From positions 9,858,001 through 9,922,000 of the forward strand of contig CM120645.1 in the NCBI GenBank assembly GCA_051362555.1: 64,000 nucleotides of DNA, written 5' to 3'. Under the pieces are notes generated by a model. It did not search any database, was not told the DNA's origin, and saw nothing but the letters and a program-made list of their open reading frames with translations. The stretch comes from Lingula anatina (taxonomy: Eukaryota > Animalia > Brachiopoda). Position numbers and translations under genes: made by a program. Below are positions 39,731-52,166 of this stretch, one piece after another; within the stretch, counting starts at the first letter, position 1; the number at the start of each line of letters is the position of its first letter.

Positions 39731-41138
39731 GTAAGGGACGCGGTGGCGCCCCTTAGCATGTCCCACGCCCCTAGGATGTCGCGGCGCCTTCGCCTAGACT
39801 AGAAAGATTTATTATAAGGTCATATTTAAATTAGACATTAAGGCAGATGTAAATAGAACAGATGGTGGGTAGAGGGAGAACTAAGGCAGTGGGAATAAAG
39901 CTGTTTGGAAATCCACGACTCTTGTTGCTCACTTCTTCTCGATCTGTGAACCTAAAATTGAACCTTACAGGATTTACAATGTCTCATTAATGTGGACAGG
40001 CACCACACCTTGAACCACTTCCTAAAAGAAGTATGTCTGTGGGTGGAGATATCTGTTAGAGACCTACAAATACAATGAACCAGGTTATTTTATCGACTGT
40101 GGACTGACATTCTAGACATTGAGTGACAAAAAGTAAGAGAATTCTAAAACATAAGAAAATGAAAATTAAAAGTAAAAAGAAAGAAAGACAAATTGAAAGT
40201 TTTGAGGTGATGGGTGCTCTGTAATATCCCCGTTACACTAGAGGCGAAATGAGCAAGAACGCCGTCGGAATTCTTTGTGCGTTCCTGGAAATTCGAAGAA
40301 CATTCTAAAAAATTCCGAGTGCATTCCAAATATTTTAACCCATTCTTGGATCCAGGATTATTTGAAGGAGGGAGGGGGGTCCACGGATGTGAAGCCGGCC
40401 TCCACCCCCCCCCTTGTCTCCCAAAATTTTGGTATTTTAGAGGGCGAACGGTGCCATTTGATACGCTTTAGAACCCGATTATGTTTTAATACGGTGGCAT
40501 TTGGATGCTCCTGATCGTGGCGGACTGACCCCGCTAATGCATGCCATCTATCGGGGAAGACTGGGAATAGTGAATTTTTTCACTAAACGTGCGTTTTCAA
40601 TGAATAGTAGATCTGTGTATTTAAGAATTTGGGCAACGAAAAGATTTGCTTATGCTAATTGTTTCTGCGGAAAAGATCGTGTTTACCAATAACTATTCAT
40701 ATCATTTCGTCTTCCCTTTCCATTTATAATTGATAAAATTCGGGGTGACGACCGTTTACGCCACACCGTAAAACATAATATGTTAAATATAGCAATTTTT
40801 TCAAAATTCGATATATGCACGAAAATTATAAATAAAATAACTTTAATATGTTTTCATTTCTGCTGTAAAGTCACCAGGAAGGTGTGACCTTGAAATAGTT
40901 GATAACAAGGCTCTCAGAGCGTTATTGCACTATAAAAACAATCAACTTGCATGATAATTTTAAATTGTGCATGCAAACTGTAGATATATGCAGCCTTTGT
41001 GAGAAACTGACAGAGGCAAATCTGCTCTGGGTGCGATGGAAATTACTGGTATATATAAGTAATATCAGAACCCGATCAAGAAGGAGATGGAGAGGACACG
41101 CATGAGTTACTGCTACATGTAATGTATATCAATGACTA

Positions 41139-44100
41139 TAGTCCCTTGCCTACACTGGTCTATCGTTTCATTGTGTGAAAAGCTTCAGTGGCCAGACAAT
41201 TTTCACGGTGCATGTAAGATAAACAGTTAAAAAATACCCACAATAAATTCGGCAACCGTAGGATGCGCCAACATATAGATAATTGCGATAGTATTTATGC
41301 TGAAACATCAAAATGAATAGCCCTGCCGTTCCAATCGGCAATCCTCGACTGTCGAGTGCGGGGACATCCGAGTAGTTCCAAGTGCTGCCGTTCTACCCTT
41401 TAAACCAATCAAAGCAACGGAAAGGGGTCACGTGATAACTTGACCTACATCTGATCGATGTAAACAATGAATTTTCATGCGAAGCTTGCACATTTAATAG
41501 ATGATTCCCATGCGTTGTTTAAATAAAAAAATACGTCCTAGGATTTTAAAATCGATGTCAATATTGAGAGAAAGATTTAAATAGTTGGAGAATACGTGTA
41601 TTTATATAATTGGCTAAATGTTGACGTGAATTCACAGCAAGAAGGTATGTAGTATATAGCCCGTAGACTGCACTGTACCACTTCTACTACAATCGCACAC
41701 AGGTCACACTATTACCCTATATAGTGATCATATAATCACTTACATGTATGTTCAGTAATGTTACATTGAATTAAAGCGCATATAATCACTGAAAATTATT
41801 TGACTCAATATTTTACACTGATAAATAGTATAAATCCATGTGTAGAGTTACAAACTAGGTATCATGAGGGCTGTCTGTTTATGAAGCTGGCAAGTGCTCA
41901 AAAAATTATTTCAAAAACATCTAAGTGCTTCATTAGGTAGAATAATTGAGGTTTTTATGTTCAAGTTTATCTTAAAATTGCAAAGGTACTATTTTTAAAG
42001 AAGTTTGATTTTTGCAATTAATTGCAGCATTGTCTAGTAACAACAGCATATTAAAAGAAATAATAGCTCACATTTAACAAGGCTTTTATGATATATATAA
42101 TATATTTTTTCCAACTTAATTATTTCAACTGTGAAATTATAACTTTATACATTTCCTGTGCATATCAGAAAAAAAGATTAATAAAATGCCATTTGAACAG
42201 GTACACTTAAAGTTTTGCAAATGGATTGTAGGTCTAAGAAAGCAGGCTAGCAATACCATTTTTAGAGCTGAGCTCGGCAGTTACCCTATTATTTCAACTA
42301 TAACTAAACCTGTCTAAAGATTAGTCTTAGACTGAAACAACTACCAGTAGATAATAGAACTGTAAATCAGGTGCACAATCTTGAGCAAGATACAAAGGGA
42401 AACACAAGGACAGAATCTATCCGAAGATAACAACCCACCAAAGAAATTATATCAAATAGAAAACCTTGTAGAAATATTTAACATAAAAATCGAAAAACTA
42501 TTCTGGCAGGAATTAAATAGCTCAATCTCAAACAAATTAAGGACATACAAAACAATAAAAAAATATTATGAATGTTAAAATTACATCAAAATGAGTGTGT
42601 CCCCATTAAATATCAAAACACTTGCAAAAATTAGGCGACCACAACTTTTTTTTTTTTACAAATAATGCAGATAGCTGGCAGCACTGGTGACTTTGATATA
42701 CCAAACCCTGAGACTGATCTCAATTTCTTGGGAGATGGACCTTGTATTTTGGGAAGAGTACAACTGGTTGATGGTTCTGTAAAAGAAGCAAAATAACATT
42801 TTACTTTTCATACCATATATATTAGTGAATTATAATGTGCAGATACTGACTACTACAGAAACAACCTTAAATTAAGTTGGATAAATATATATATATATGT
42901 ATATACAATCACTATGATTTCACTATAAAATAAATAAATAATAATGAAATAAGATAAGACAGTAGCATGTGAGTTTATCAAATGATTGACACCAAGTGAT
43001 ATTGACAAGTATAATTACATATATCCTCATGATTCAAAGGGCATAGGGTAGGTATAGGATTCAATGTATTAGTGGCTCAGCATGTTCCTTTTATGAGGAA
43101 CTAAGCTGTAACAAACTACAGGCAAATGAGACCCACTGTTTAATATTTGTTGCAACAAAGACAAATTAATCAAGCTTAAAGATCTAATAATTAATAGGGA
43201 GCCCACTAGAATTCTGCTGCCCAGATTAATATAAGATGCCTTGAATAAAAGTGCCTCTTCTCTTTAACTGAACTACATCTACCAGTCACCCTACTCATTA
43301 TCATTATTCCTTTATTGATACTGTTTGTCAACGTAATTCTTTATTGATACTATTTATGTATACCTTTACTGATTCTATTCATAAGGGAAAGTTACAAGGA
43401 TTATTCCTAACAGTCCTAATTAAATTAATCACATTGCAGCTTGTTCTGTGAAAAGCTATCCTACTTTTTCTGGCTCACAAGATACAATAGATAATCCCTA
43501 AAATACATTCTCATTGAAGTTGGGCTTAGCCTATACACATTTATATTCACTAATGGTTGCACATGTGCAGCAATGTATTGGGGGGGAGGACCACTCCACA
43601 AATAACATAAAATATTCTACCATGATACTTAAGCCTCTGTCTCATAAAATCCCACCACAATATTTGTTTGTATATCTTGTTGTGTGAAGCCTTACATTAT
43701 TTTGTGTAAATGCAATGCTAAAATGGATGAACTAATAATGAGATGTTAATCATGGCAAGAACATCCAGCTAGCTTAGACTGTATTCCCAGAGCTTTTAGA
43801 TTGATCTGTCCCCGTGGGGAGTCTCACTAGATTACTGTCAGATAACCTGGCTTAAATGTCCGTCCCGCCTACTACAAGCTGTAAGGGGGTAATTAACTTT
43901 CGTGTCCACCCCACTGACAGCTGTTTAGCGTGAACCCCTAAAGTAGATCGATCTAATCTCTGGAAATGGGGTCTTTTACTATCTTATTCAACAGAGAATG
44001 AGTTGTTTCAAATCTTAAAACCTCTAAGTATTTACAAATAAAATAATAATAACACTAATAAACTTGTTTTTATCATTTTCTTTTTTTTCTTTCTTTCATA

Positions 44101-44843
44101 TCACTTTTATCAGTCACATATTGTCATGTAACATCAGCCACGTACGATGTAAACATCACACGATCGGGGCTGACTTAAAAACAAATTACAATATGTTGAC
44201 ATACCTTCTTCAGCAAGACTGCCTTGTTTCTCAGCTTTCTCATACTTCTTTGCCGCCTGAGATAACCCCTTCTTGTTAGTTAGCTTTCTGTAGCAAGAGT
44301 AGTGACATCGTGGTTTGGCTTCCAAATCGTCGAATCCTCTATCTAAATCCGTACGGATCCACTGAACAGCAGCGGCTTCTCTGCTGCCAAATTTCAGCCA
44401 TTGTTTCGCTGCGACTCTAAAAGTTTCCCAGCGAAAACGTGTGATAGTATCTAGAGTCTCTTAATTAGCTACCTTCTACTATGTGCATGCAACACGAAAG
44501 ATGAGAATTTGGCGAAGATTTCGCGTCTCCCTCCTCAGACTCTTCACTACAGCCAACCATGCTGCTTTGTTTACATGGCATGGCCTGGTGGGAAGGTGAC
44601 GTGACCCCCTTTCCGTTGCTTTGATTGGTTAAAAGGCTCGAACGGCGGGGCTATTCATTTTGATATTTTGACATAAATACTATCGCAATTATCTATATGT
44701 TGGCGCTTCTCTCGGTTGCCGAATTTTATTGTGGATATTCTTTAACTGTTTATCTTCATGCACCGTAAAAATTGTTTGGCCACATCACATATTGAAGGAA
44801 AGAGCTTTTCTAAACGCTTTTATTCGTATCAGGTGGGGGACTA
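41139..44843. mobile_element. Academ-like DNA transposon derivative (3.7 kb, long TIRs, 3-bp TSD)
   Basis: CTA|TAGTCCC ... GGGACTA|CTA. Imperfect TIRs of ~250-300 bp (41139-41435 vs 44600-44843). Degraded minus-strand reading RWETFRVAAKQW...CHYSCYRKLTNKK at ~44200-44560. Absent in block 1. Confidence 0.7.
42185..42640 (+). mobile_element. Degraded L2/CR1-clade LINE ORF2 fragment nested in the Academ-like element
   Basis: MPFEQVHLKFCKWIVGLRKQASNTIFRAELGSYPI ... NKLRTYKTIK, typical post-RT motifs, broken by stops and frameshifts. Confidence 0.7.
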
Positions 44844-45371
44844 CTACAGATAAATGCCAATGACTACACAGTTGACAATGATTTTAAAATCCCATCTAAG
44901 ATGAAGTATTACTTAATTAAGTAATAAAGAAATTTTCTGGGTGAAATCTGTTTTATTCATGCAGTAACCAAGCCCTCTCCATTCAAGCCCATAACGGTTC
45001 AATGTACATTGAATCAAGGTTTAATTTTAATGTTGAGTTAACCTCCAATCCATGTTTGATTTTGCAAAGTATATTTAACAATGAAACAAGCTTATATAGT
45101 CAGTCATGCACTTAATGAAATGTTTCAAAACAATTGTTCCAAGTAATACATGTAACTGGTTTACTATAACTTTACTCAATATTACCTATATTAAAGATTG
45201 TCCTAAATACTCTGTTAGAGATAATGGTGTCATGTTAACGAGTTTTCAATCTTTCCTGATCTGTTGATCTGCACGAACGCAGAGTTGAGCTCACTTTTTC
45301 GTTGATTTTGTTCTAGTAATTGATATCTCTTCTATGCAAATACATACATACATACACCTAAACTGTTTGCC

Positions 45372-48300
45372 CTAGACACCAAGTTCGGCTTCGATTTCAT
45401 CAGACGCAAGGTAGAATAATTCCGGTCGAGCAATCCCGTTAAAGGAGGTTGCAAGCACAGTAGTGTATGCCCCCATGTTAGGCACGTACAACCAGTCTCC
45501 GATGTCCAGCTCGGGCAGTTGGATGTTCTGTGCCAGGCGATCAGGAGGATTGAGTGTTGGACCCCACAATGTGCATTGATAGACCGGCATTTTGTCTTTT
45601 TCCTACAATATCACAAAAATGTGGTTTCTTTACCTATACACAGCAAAGACGAAATATATAAAACGTTGCAATGTAAAAGGAGTGCTGAAACTGAAATGAC
45701 ATGAAAACACGTCCTTAAGTAAACTTTTGCCAACAACATTTAAGTGGGCTTTTGCCAAAAATATTTATTCAGTCAGTTATTTTTCTAGTAAGCATACCAA
45801 AACCACGAAGACTGAGGCGTCATGTTCACGCTCATCTTGCGGGGTAGATCCTGTATCCTCTATACGTACCTTTAAAACGTAAAACTCTACATTAAGCCTT
45901 TCGACCAATGATGGCATTGTGAAAAAGAACGACCCATGAATTCCGTCACTGAGGTAGTACACGTATGACTGTTCAGAGTCCTTAAAGTGACAGGAAAAAA
46001 GAAACCAGCATGAAAATAGTTTCAAAAATGCGTGACGGAAAGACTGATACACTGAAAATCAAAAGTTAAAAAATACCATAAATATTCTACAAAAGTTAAG
46101 AAAAGTTAAGAGAGCGCACCTTGGCCGAAGGTCCCGAGCGTTGAACTCGTTTACCGATAACTCTAAGTGCCAAGGTGAAGGCCGACTGAACGTAGTATGT
46201 TCCAGGTTCAGCAATGACAACAACATTTTCTTCCTTGGGGAAATATTCGTCCAGAGCCGTGTTTATGTCTTTGGCAACATCAGCAAATGTTGGTTTGCCT
46301 TTGACTGCATGACCGGGGAACCCTCCACCGATGTCCAGTAAGCTGAAGTTGTAGCCAATGGCTTTGGCTTCATCAAAGATCTCACGGCACAAGCGTATGG
46401 TGTTTTGGTAGGCCATGGAATCGAAGCAGACTCCACCAATATGAAAACTAAGGAAAATATTACTTTTGTGTAACACTCTGAAATGTCACACTATACCAAA
46501 CAAAATACTGTTGAATTTCACGGAATTGTTATTCATTTTAATATGATTTATATTCAAAATTGCACGTATCAACCAAATAACAGGAGAATTTGAAAAATAA
46601 AAAAAGAAAAATAATATTCAAAAACTGAAAAAAAAGATCGAGGTACAAAAACAATTTACAAACAACACTATTAAGTGAGGTATATGTTTCCAAATGCGTT
46701 AAACTGCAAAAGTGCAAGATGTGTTAAGTTAAAACTATTCAAATTTAGTAACGATCGATTGTTGAATACCTGACACCTACGACCGCCAGTGTCATTTCTT
46801 TTGCTTTCTCGAGAAGTTCTTTGCATTGGTCGGCGGCGCAACCATACATCTCGCCGTAGTCATATTCACCCTTGTGTACTTGTGGGCAAATTCGCAACAC
46901 AAGCCTCGTGCCAGGAAAGAGACTCTTTATCTTGACTAACTCATACTCGTTGTCAAAGGTCATAAGGTCGACTCCTTCTTCTGAGGCACGTTTGATGTCT
47001 TGGGGATCCTTGCAGGGATGGGCATATATAATCCGATCTGTTCCCACGCCATGGTGTAGAACCTGCTGGAATTCAGCGTTGCTGGCGCAGTCAAAACCCG
47101 CCCCGAGTGCCGCAATGGTCTTCACGACTGGTTCAGAGTTATTACATTTCACGGCGTAGAAGGGTTTAACACGAGGCATCAGTTCCACCCAGCGCTTGTG
47201 CTTGTTAACGATGTCATCCAAATTGACAATATAGAAAGGACGCTGCAATAAATTTTATAGCGTCTAATAACGGTATGTTAGGTTAACTTTATAGATTTGG
47301 CAACAACCTCAGTGTGACCAAAGAAAAAAATGTGTACACTGTTTTTGTTTAAGCCTACATTGTACGCATACATTTGCATTCATTCCCATTACAAACTGTC
47401 TAAGCTGCAAAACGACTTTCATTTTTAATTAAAAAAAAAAAGAAAAGTTCAGTTCCTTTAAAGGCATGCCATGCTAATCGGAGTAAAGTCAATATCGACG
47501 ACTTAAATATATATAGGAGATAGATAAATGTATTAGGAGCACCTATTTCGACGATGATTAAAATTAAGTTGTTTGCAACGCATGCATTAAAACTTCCAGA
47601 TCCGTGCATGTTCCAGGCCTTGCTGGAAGAACATAGTCAGGTGATAAAAAGGTAAACCGTTTAAGAATAAACGATATTTCATTTATGGTAAATACCGTTT
47701 CGACACTTTATCAACAAGCATTAATCACATGACTATCTCGCCGAAGCTCTGGAAGTTCCAGGCTTTATACTTATGGACACAAACTCGATTACATTAGTCT
47801 CTTAAACCAATGAAAAGCGACCTTTGTATGTCCCTTCTACGACCAAAAATGTGACCTGGACGATCAATATTGGCTAAAGCTAGAAAATCGTGTCTCTGTG
47901 TAAACCGTGTTCCCTGCGATACTTGTGCCTCCTTTGAACGACTAAATCTGGATATTACTTGTAGACAAACGAGCAACATGTGCGTCCACTGAGCGACTTG
48001 TCTGCCTCCCCTGCTGTGCGTCCTCTGTACAACCTACAACATCCAATGCGATTACAGACGATGCAGGCTATCCTTGAGCGATGTTTGAGCAACCATTAAA
48101 CGCCCTCATTGCATTCTCTGTACCATCTCAGGCAACCAATGGCGATCAGTGGCAACCATTTTACAATCTTTCTGCCTCCTGATGAATGTTGTTTGGGCGA
48201 CCTGGAGTGCTTGAATATGTTCTGGGTCTTTTTTCATCAGTTCTAACCGGTCTGAACATCTCCAGAAATTAAATAATTAGTATTAAACCTTTTTTGCAAA

Positions 48301-49321
48301 CTATTGTAATACAAGATCTGCATGCATGCACTGACAATACGCCAGATAAGCCAGATGGTCATTGTTGTCCTTTTAAGAAGAGTGGACAGGCGCCAAGGAA
48401 GCCAAGAACTTGGTGCTGACACAACACAAATTTTCAAATCCGTTTAGAACTGGCAAACTCTGCAGAAAACGGCGACAAGAACTGAATTTTGAAAAACAGC
48501 ATAATATTGGTATCATAATTTCCTTTGAGAACTGGCTGGTTCAAGCATTTTGAAACCAAGTAACAATTGGAGGCTGTTATGAGGATACAAGTAGCTTTAA
48601 CGCTTAGATTTCTTACCTCTGTTGAAAAAATACTCTAGCACGGCCATGGTTGTGAGTGAAAAGTAACAGCTATTACGCTCCGACCACTGGCCTACCAATG
48701 AGTATCCATTCTGCAACAAAAGCGACGCTAGTGCTTCCTTTCTACTTCTCTTGAGCGACCTTGAAGCTACCAACCTCCACCGTGACCTTTGTGCAATTGT
48801 TTAAGCATGTTTAAAACCTTGCAACGGCAACGCCTAAAAATCCTGTTCACCTCTTAGCGATCACTGTGCCCCCCTTTGAGCCTCCAACGGCGACCTGGCC
48901 AGTTTCATGGTCGAACAAAGATAGTTTTCTAGTGTAAAGGAGGTTTTACGAAACAATTCTTTTAACCACTACAATAAAGGCAATGAAAAATATACAGTAA
49001 GATAATTTGATTCTGTTTGTGTTCACGCTGCCCAGAAAATAGTTGTTTCAAAAAGCTTTTGGCCCAGCACATTCTTATATAGGCCTATAGAGCTTTCAAC
49101 AGCGACGTTCATAACACAAACTCTGCTTGCGTACTAAAACAAGTCTTAGACCACGATATTATGTCAATGCCATGCTAAGAATCTTGATTCTCAAATACCA
49201 TAATTACCCTGTCTTTATCCTCCATAATCTTTTCTTGAATAACTTTCAGTACCGCCTGGTTATTGTAATGTCCAGGATGTCCCTCAATATCCTGCTCGAT
49301 TAGAGGGCGCGCTGTTGTCAT
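45372..49321 (-). CDS. Ornithine decarboxylase-like protein E, intact, 5 coding exons, ~418 aa
   Basis: Exons 49321-49208, 47242-46770, 46447-46120, 45980-45870, 45602-45372; in frame with no stops. Motifs YAVKCN, GFDCAS, SFHIGGV, LDIGGGFPG, AEPGTYY, SDGIHGSF, WGPTLNPPD, NMGAYT, SFNG. Confidence 0.93.
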
Positions 49322-49948
49322 TTTGTTTTCTTATAAAAGATGGTGGAGTATCTTTTCCTTAAAATAAAATCAAAGAATCTGAAAATTAATTTTAAATGCA
49401 ATTTAAAGATTCTGGAAATAGGTAGATATGTTTTACTTTAGCAGACATAAAACGCATTCTTAACATCTTGTTTTTATCTGATTCCACAACGAAGCAAAAA
49501 GAAAAAAAAGACGCTGAATGCGACAGATGCAACAATTATATATAATTTTCAGTTACCGTGTAGTTAAACAGATGATAAGACAGTTCCCCTCAACTACTGG
49601 TACATGTTTTTGTATCAGTTGCCCTTTTTCCAAAATGAATTACACATTTAAGCTAAATCATAGAACAGATTGTTAGGACAGACCATGGAGTCATTCCTCA
49701 TTATTACTTCTATGCATTTATCTCTGCCTGTCACACCACCGCTGGTGGATGATCTCATGAGGCTTTCTCCACGCTTGACGATTTTATGTTCGTGTTGCGT
49801 GTTAATTTGCCATGCCAGCGCTGGTGGCGTGCGGGTTGGCAGTGCCTGATGCCCCTTTGCTCAAGCATCAGGAATATGCGGCTTGTTACATATTACTCGT
49901 GGCAGCCTAAATGAGCTGTACAGACATCTTTACATTACGTAGACTTAA

Positions 49949-50276
49949 AGGGATAACAACTGTTCATTTTGGCCCAAAAATGGATTTTTCTGAGTCAAAG
50001 GACAATTCTCCCATACTCACTTATGGTTACTGAATCCATTCTGACATATTCTAACTAAGTCCCTGTTTTTTTCTATAATGTCTTTTTTTTTGTTGTAATA
50101 TTCTCTTAAGAGAGTATAACAGATGGAGGTCACGTGATGTGATGGCAAGCACAAATTCCAGAATAATTGCGTTAAATGCCGTTTTAGTGGTAAAATAGAA
50201 TTTATTATATTTTTATGAGTTGTTTACAATGTACTTATTGTGACATATAGATATCATACGAATAGTTGTTATCCCT
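49949..50276. mobile_element. Kolobok-like MITE with TTAA TSD, ~0.6 kb upstream of the E start codon
   Basis: TTAA|AGGGATAACAACT ... AGTTGTTATCCCT|TTAA. Confidence 0.75.
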
Positions 50277-51052
50277 TTAATGGAATCTCGCTGTGGACTG
50301 AATGGGCAAACAGTGGAAATTTATATTAAGCCCAAACAACACATCACAACGATTAAATACAATTCAAAATTAAAATTATTCGGAATCTGGGGATCTTTAC
50401 TCTATCTAAAATGGTTTTGGGATTGTGAACTTGGGATTGTCACATTGTGCTGACCAAGAACAATACATGTCAGTATATATATATATATATATATAAAGAC
50501 CACCTTACTTCCCATGAGCCTTAAATTGACATCATCCAACATACAGTGCCAATTGTTGAAGACAGTCTCCTGATTTTTTGGCTTGTTTGGGAGAATGTGA
50601 TGTTGTTTTTCTTTGTTAGGTGGCAAGAAAGCAGCACTCAAAATGTTTTAGGAAAGTTTTTCGAAAAAAATAATCTACAGTACATGCCATCTCGAACCAC
50701 TTAATTCACACATTCTGAAATTTACTGGTCTGCATGAATTCTTACTGGCCGCTGCAGTCAGACCAGTGGCTAAAGTAGCAGGCAGTAGTACATACAAATA
50801 AATACAGGGTCCAAAAGTAACTGTATTGTTTTACAGAGCTAAACTGCTAAATGACTTACCTGTTAGCTACTTTAACTTGGTATAAAAATGCTCTGATACA
50901 TCTGAGAGGTAAGTTTATATTCGCCTGCACTGTAATGAATGAATACCTGACAGCCGCTTTTTAGATACAATTAATTCATGACGTTGACTGAATGTTGCCA
51001 CACACTGCATTAATTCAAAACTATGTTTTGCCTAGGTACGTGATGCGTCTAC

Positions 51053-51222
51053 CTTGACCTAGGTTACGTAAAACTCGTTTACCGATTACTGTAAGTGCCA
51101 AGGTTCAGCAATGACAACAACATTTTTTACCTTGGGGAAATATTCCTCCAGAGCCATGTGGCAAAAATATTCCTCCAGAGCCATGTTAATGATTTGGGCA
51201 GCATCAGCAAATGTTGGGTTGG
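51053..51222 (-). pseudogene. ODC-like F relic (part of exon 3), counterpart of C
   Basis: PTFADAAQIINMALEEYF...VIGKRVLRNLGQ remnant with an internal deletion and a short tandem duplication (AAATATTCCTCCAGAGCCATGT x2). Confidence 0.8.
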
Positions 51223-52166
51223 TATAACGAAATGAAAACCAAAAGACAACAATAATTCAACGAAACACAATCACAAAGTAAAAAAAAAATAATAAGTAAA
51301 ATAAGCCATCTATGCTCAGGACTTATTTCCCGCGTAGGTAAACAAACGTTAACAAAAAATGCATACAGCCGTTGGAATCTTGCGAGAACATCTACCGCAA
51401 TCACTATACAAATATTATTGTTGCTCGCTATGCCTGCAGTAACAATTTAGGTTCACTTTATGAAATAAGTACAAACAAAACGTTGATTAATTCCACATAT
51501 TAATCATTATTCTTTTATAATCAAGGTTACAGAAAGGATTTCAAAGAGGGGAAATAATATATACAAACTACAGAGACCCATATGCATTAGAACGATTTAG
51601 GAAAAAATCACGTTTTAAAGGTACACATGAACGATGGAGCGTGGATTCCCAGTACAGTTGTTACACATATAAACCACTTTTACTAGTTTCTTGTACAACT
51701 CAAATAAATTCAACATGCCAAGGGATAAACTGAATAAATCACCCAATCATCCAGAAAAGAGCTTTAGACTGCTCCTCTCTTTAAATTTTTGGTCAGAAAT
51801 TTAACCTACTTATCTGACCTACTTTTATGCCCCATATATACAGCATAGAAATCTAGCAGACAAATCTGTTTAAATATCATTTTTTTTTTGGGTAATATTA
51901 AACAATGTCCTTTGGTAATTCTCTTAGCTATACTATTTGAAACTATATACTGGCATTTGGTTGGCTTTTGTGGCAAAAATGACTTCACATGGATCTTTAA
52001 CATGATTTGTAAAGATGTGCGCCTTCCAAATATGTAAAACTGCAGGAAAAAAATATTTGAGTGAATGGTTTGAGTGTTAAACTTGAATGTAGCCATAAGC
52101 GATTTTTGCTAATGTGAACTTATTGTTTCCATGTAAATATGATGATATCATTTAAGCTGCCTAGTC

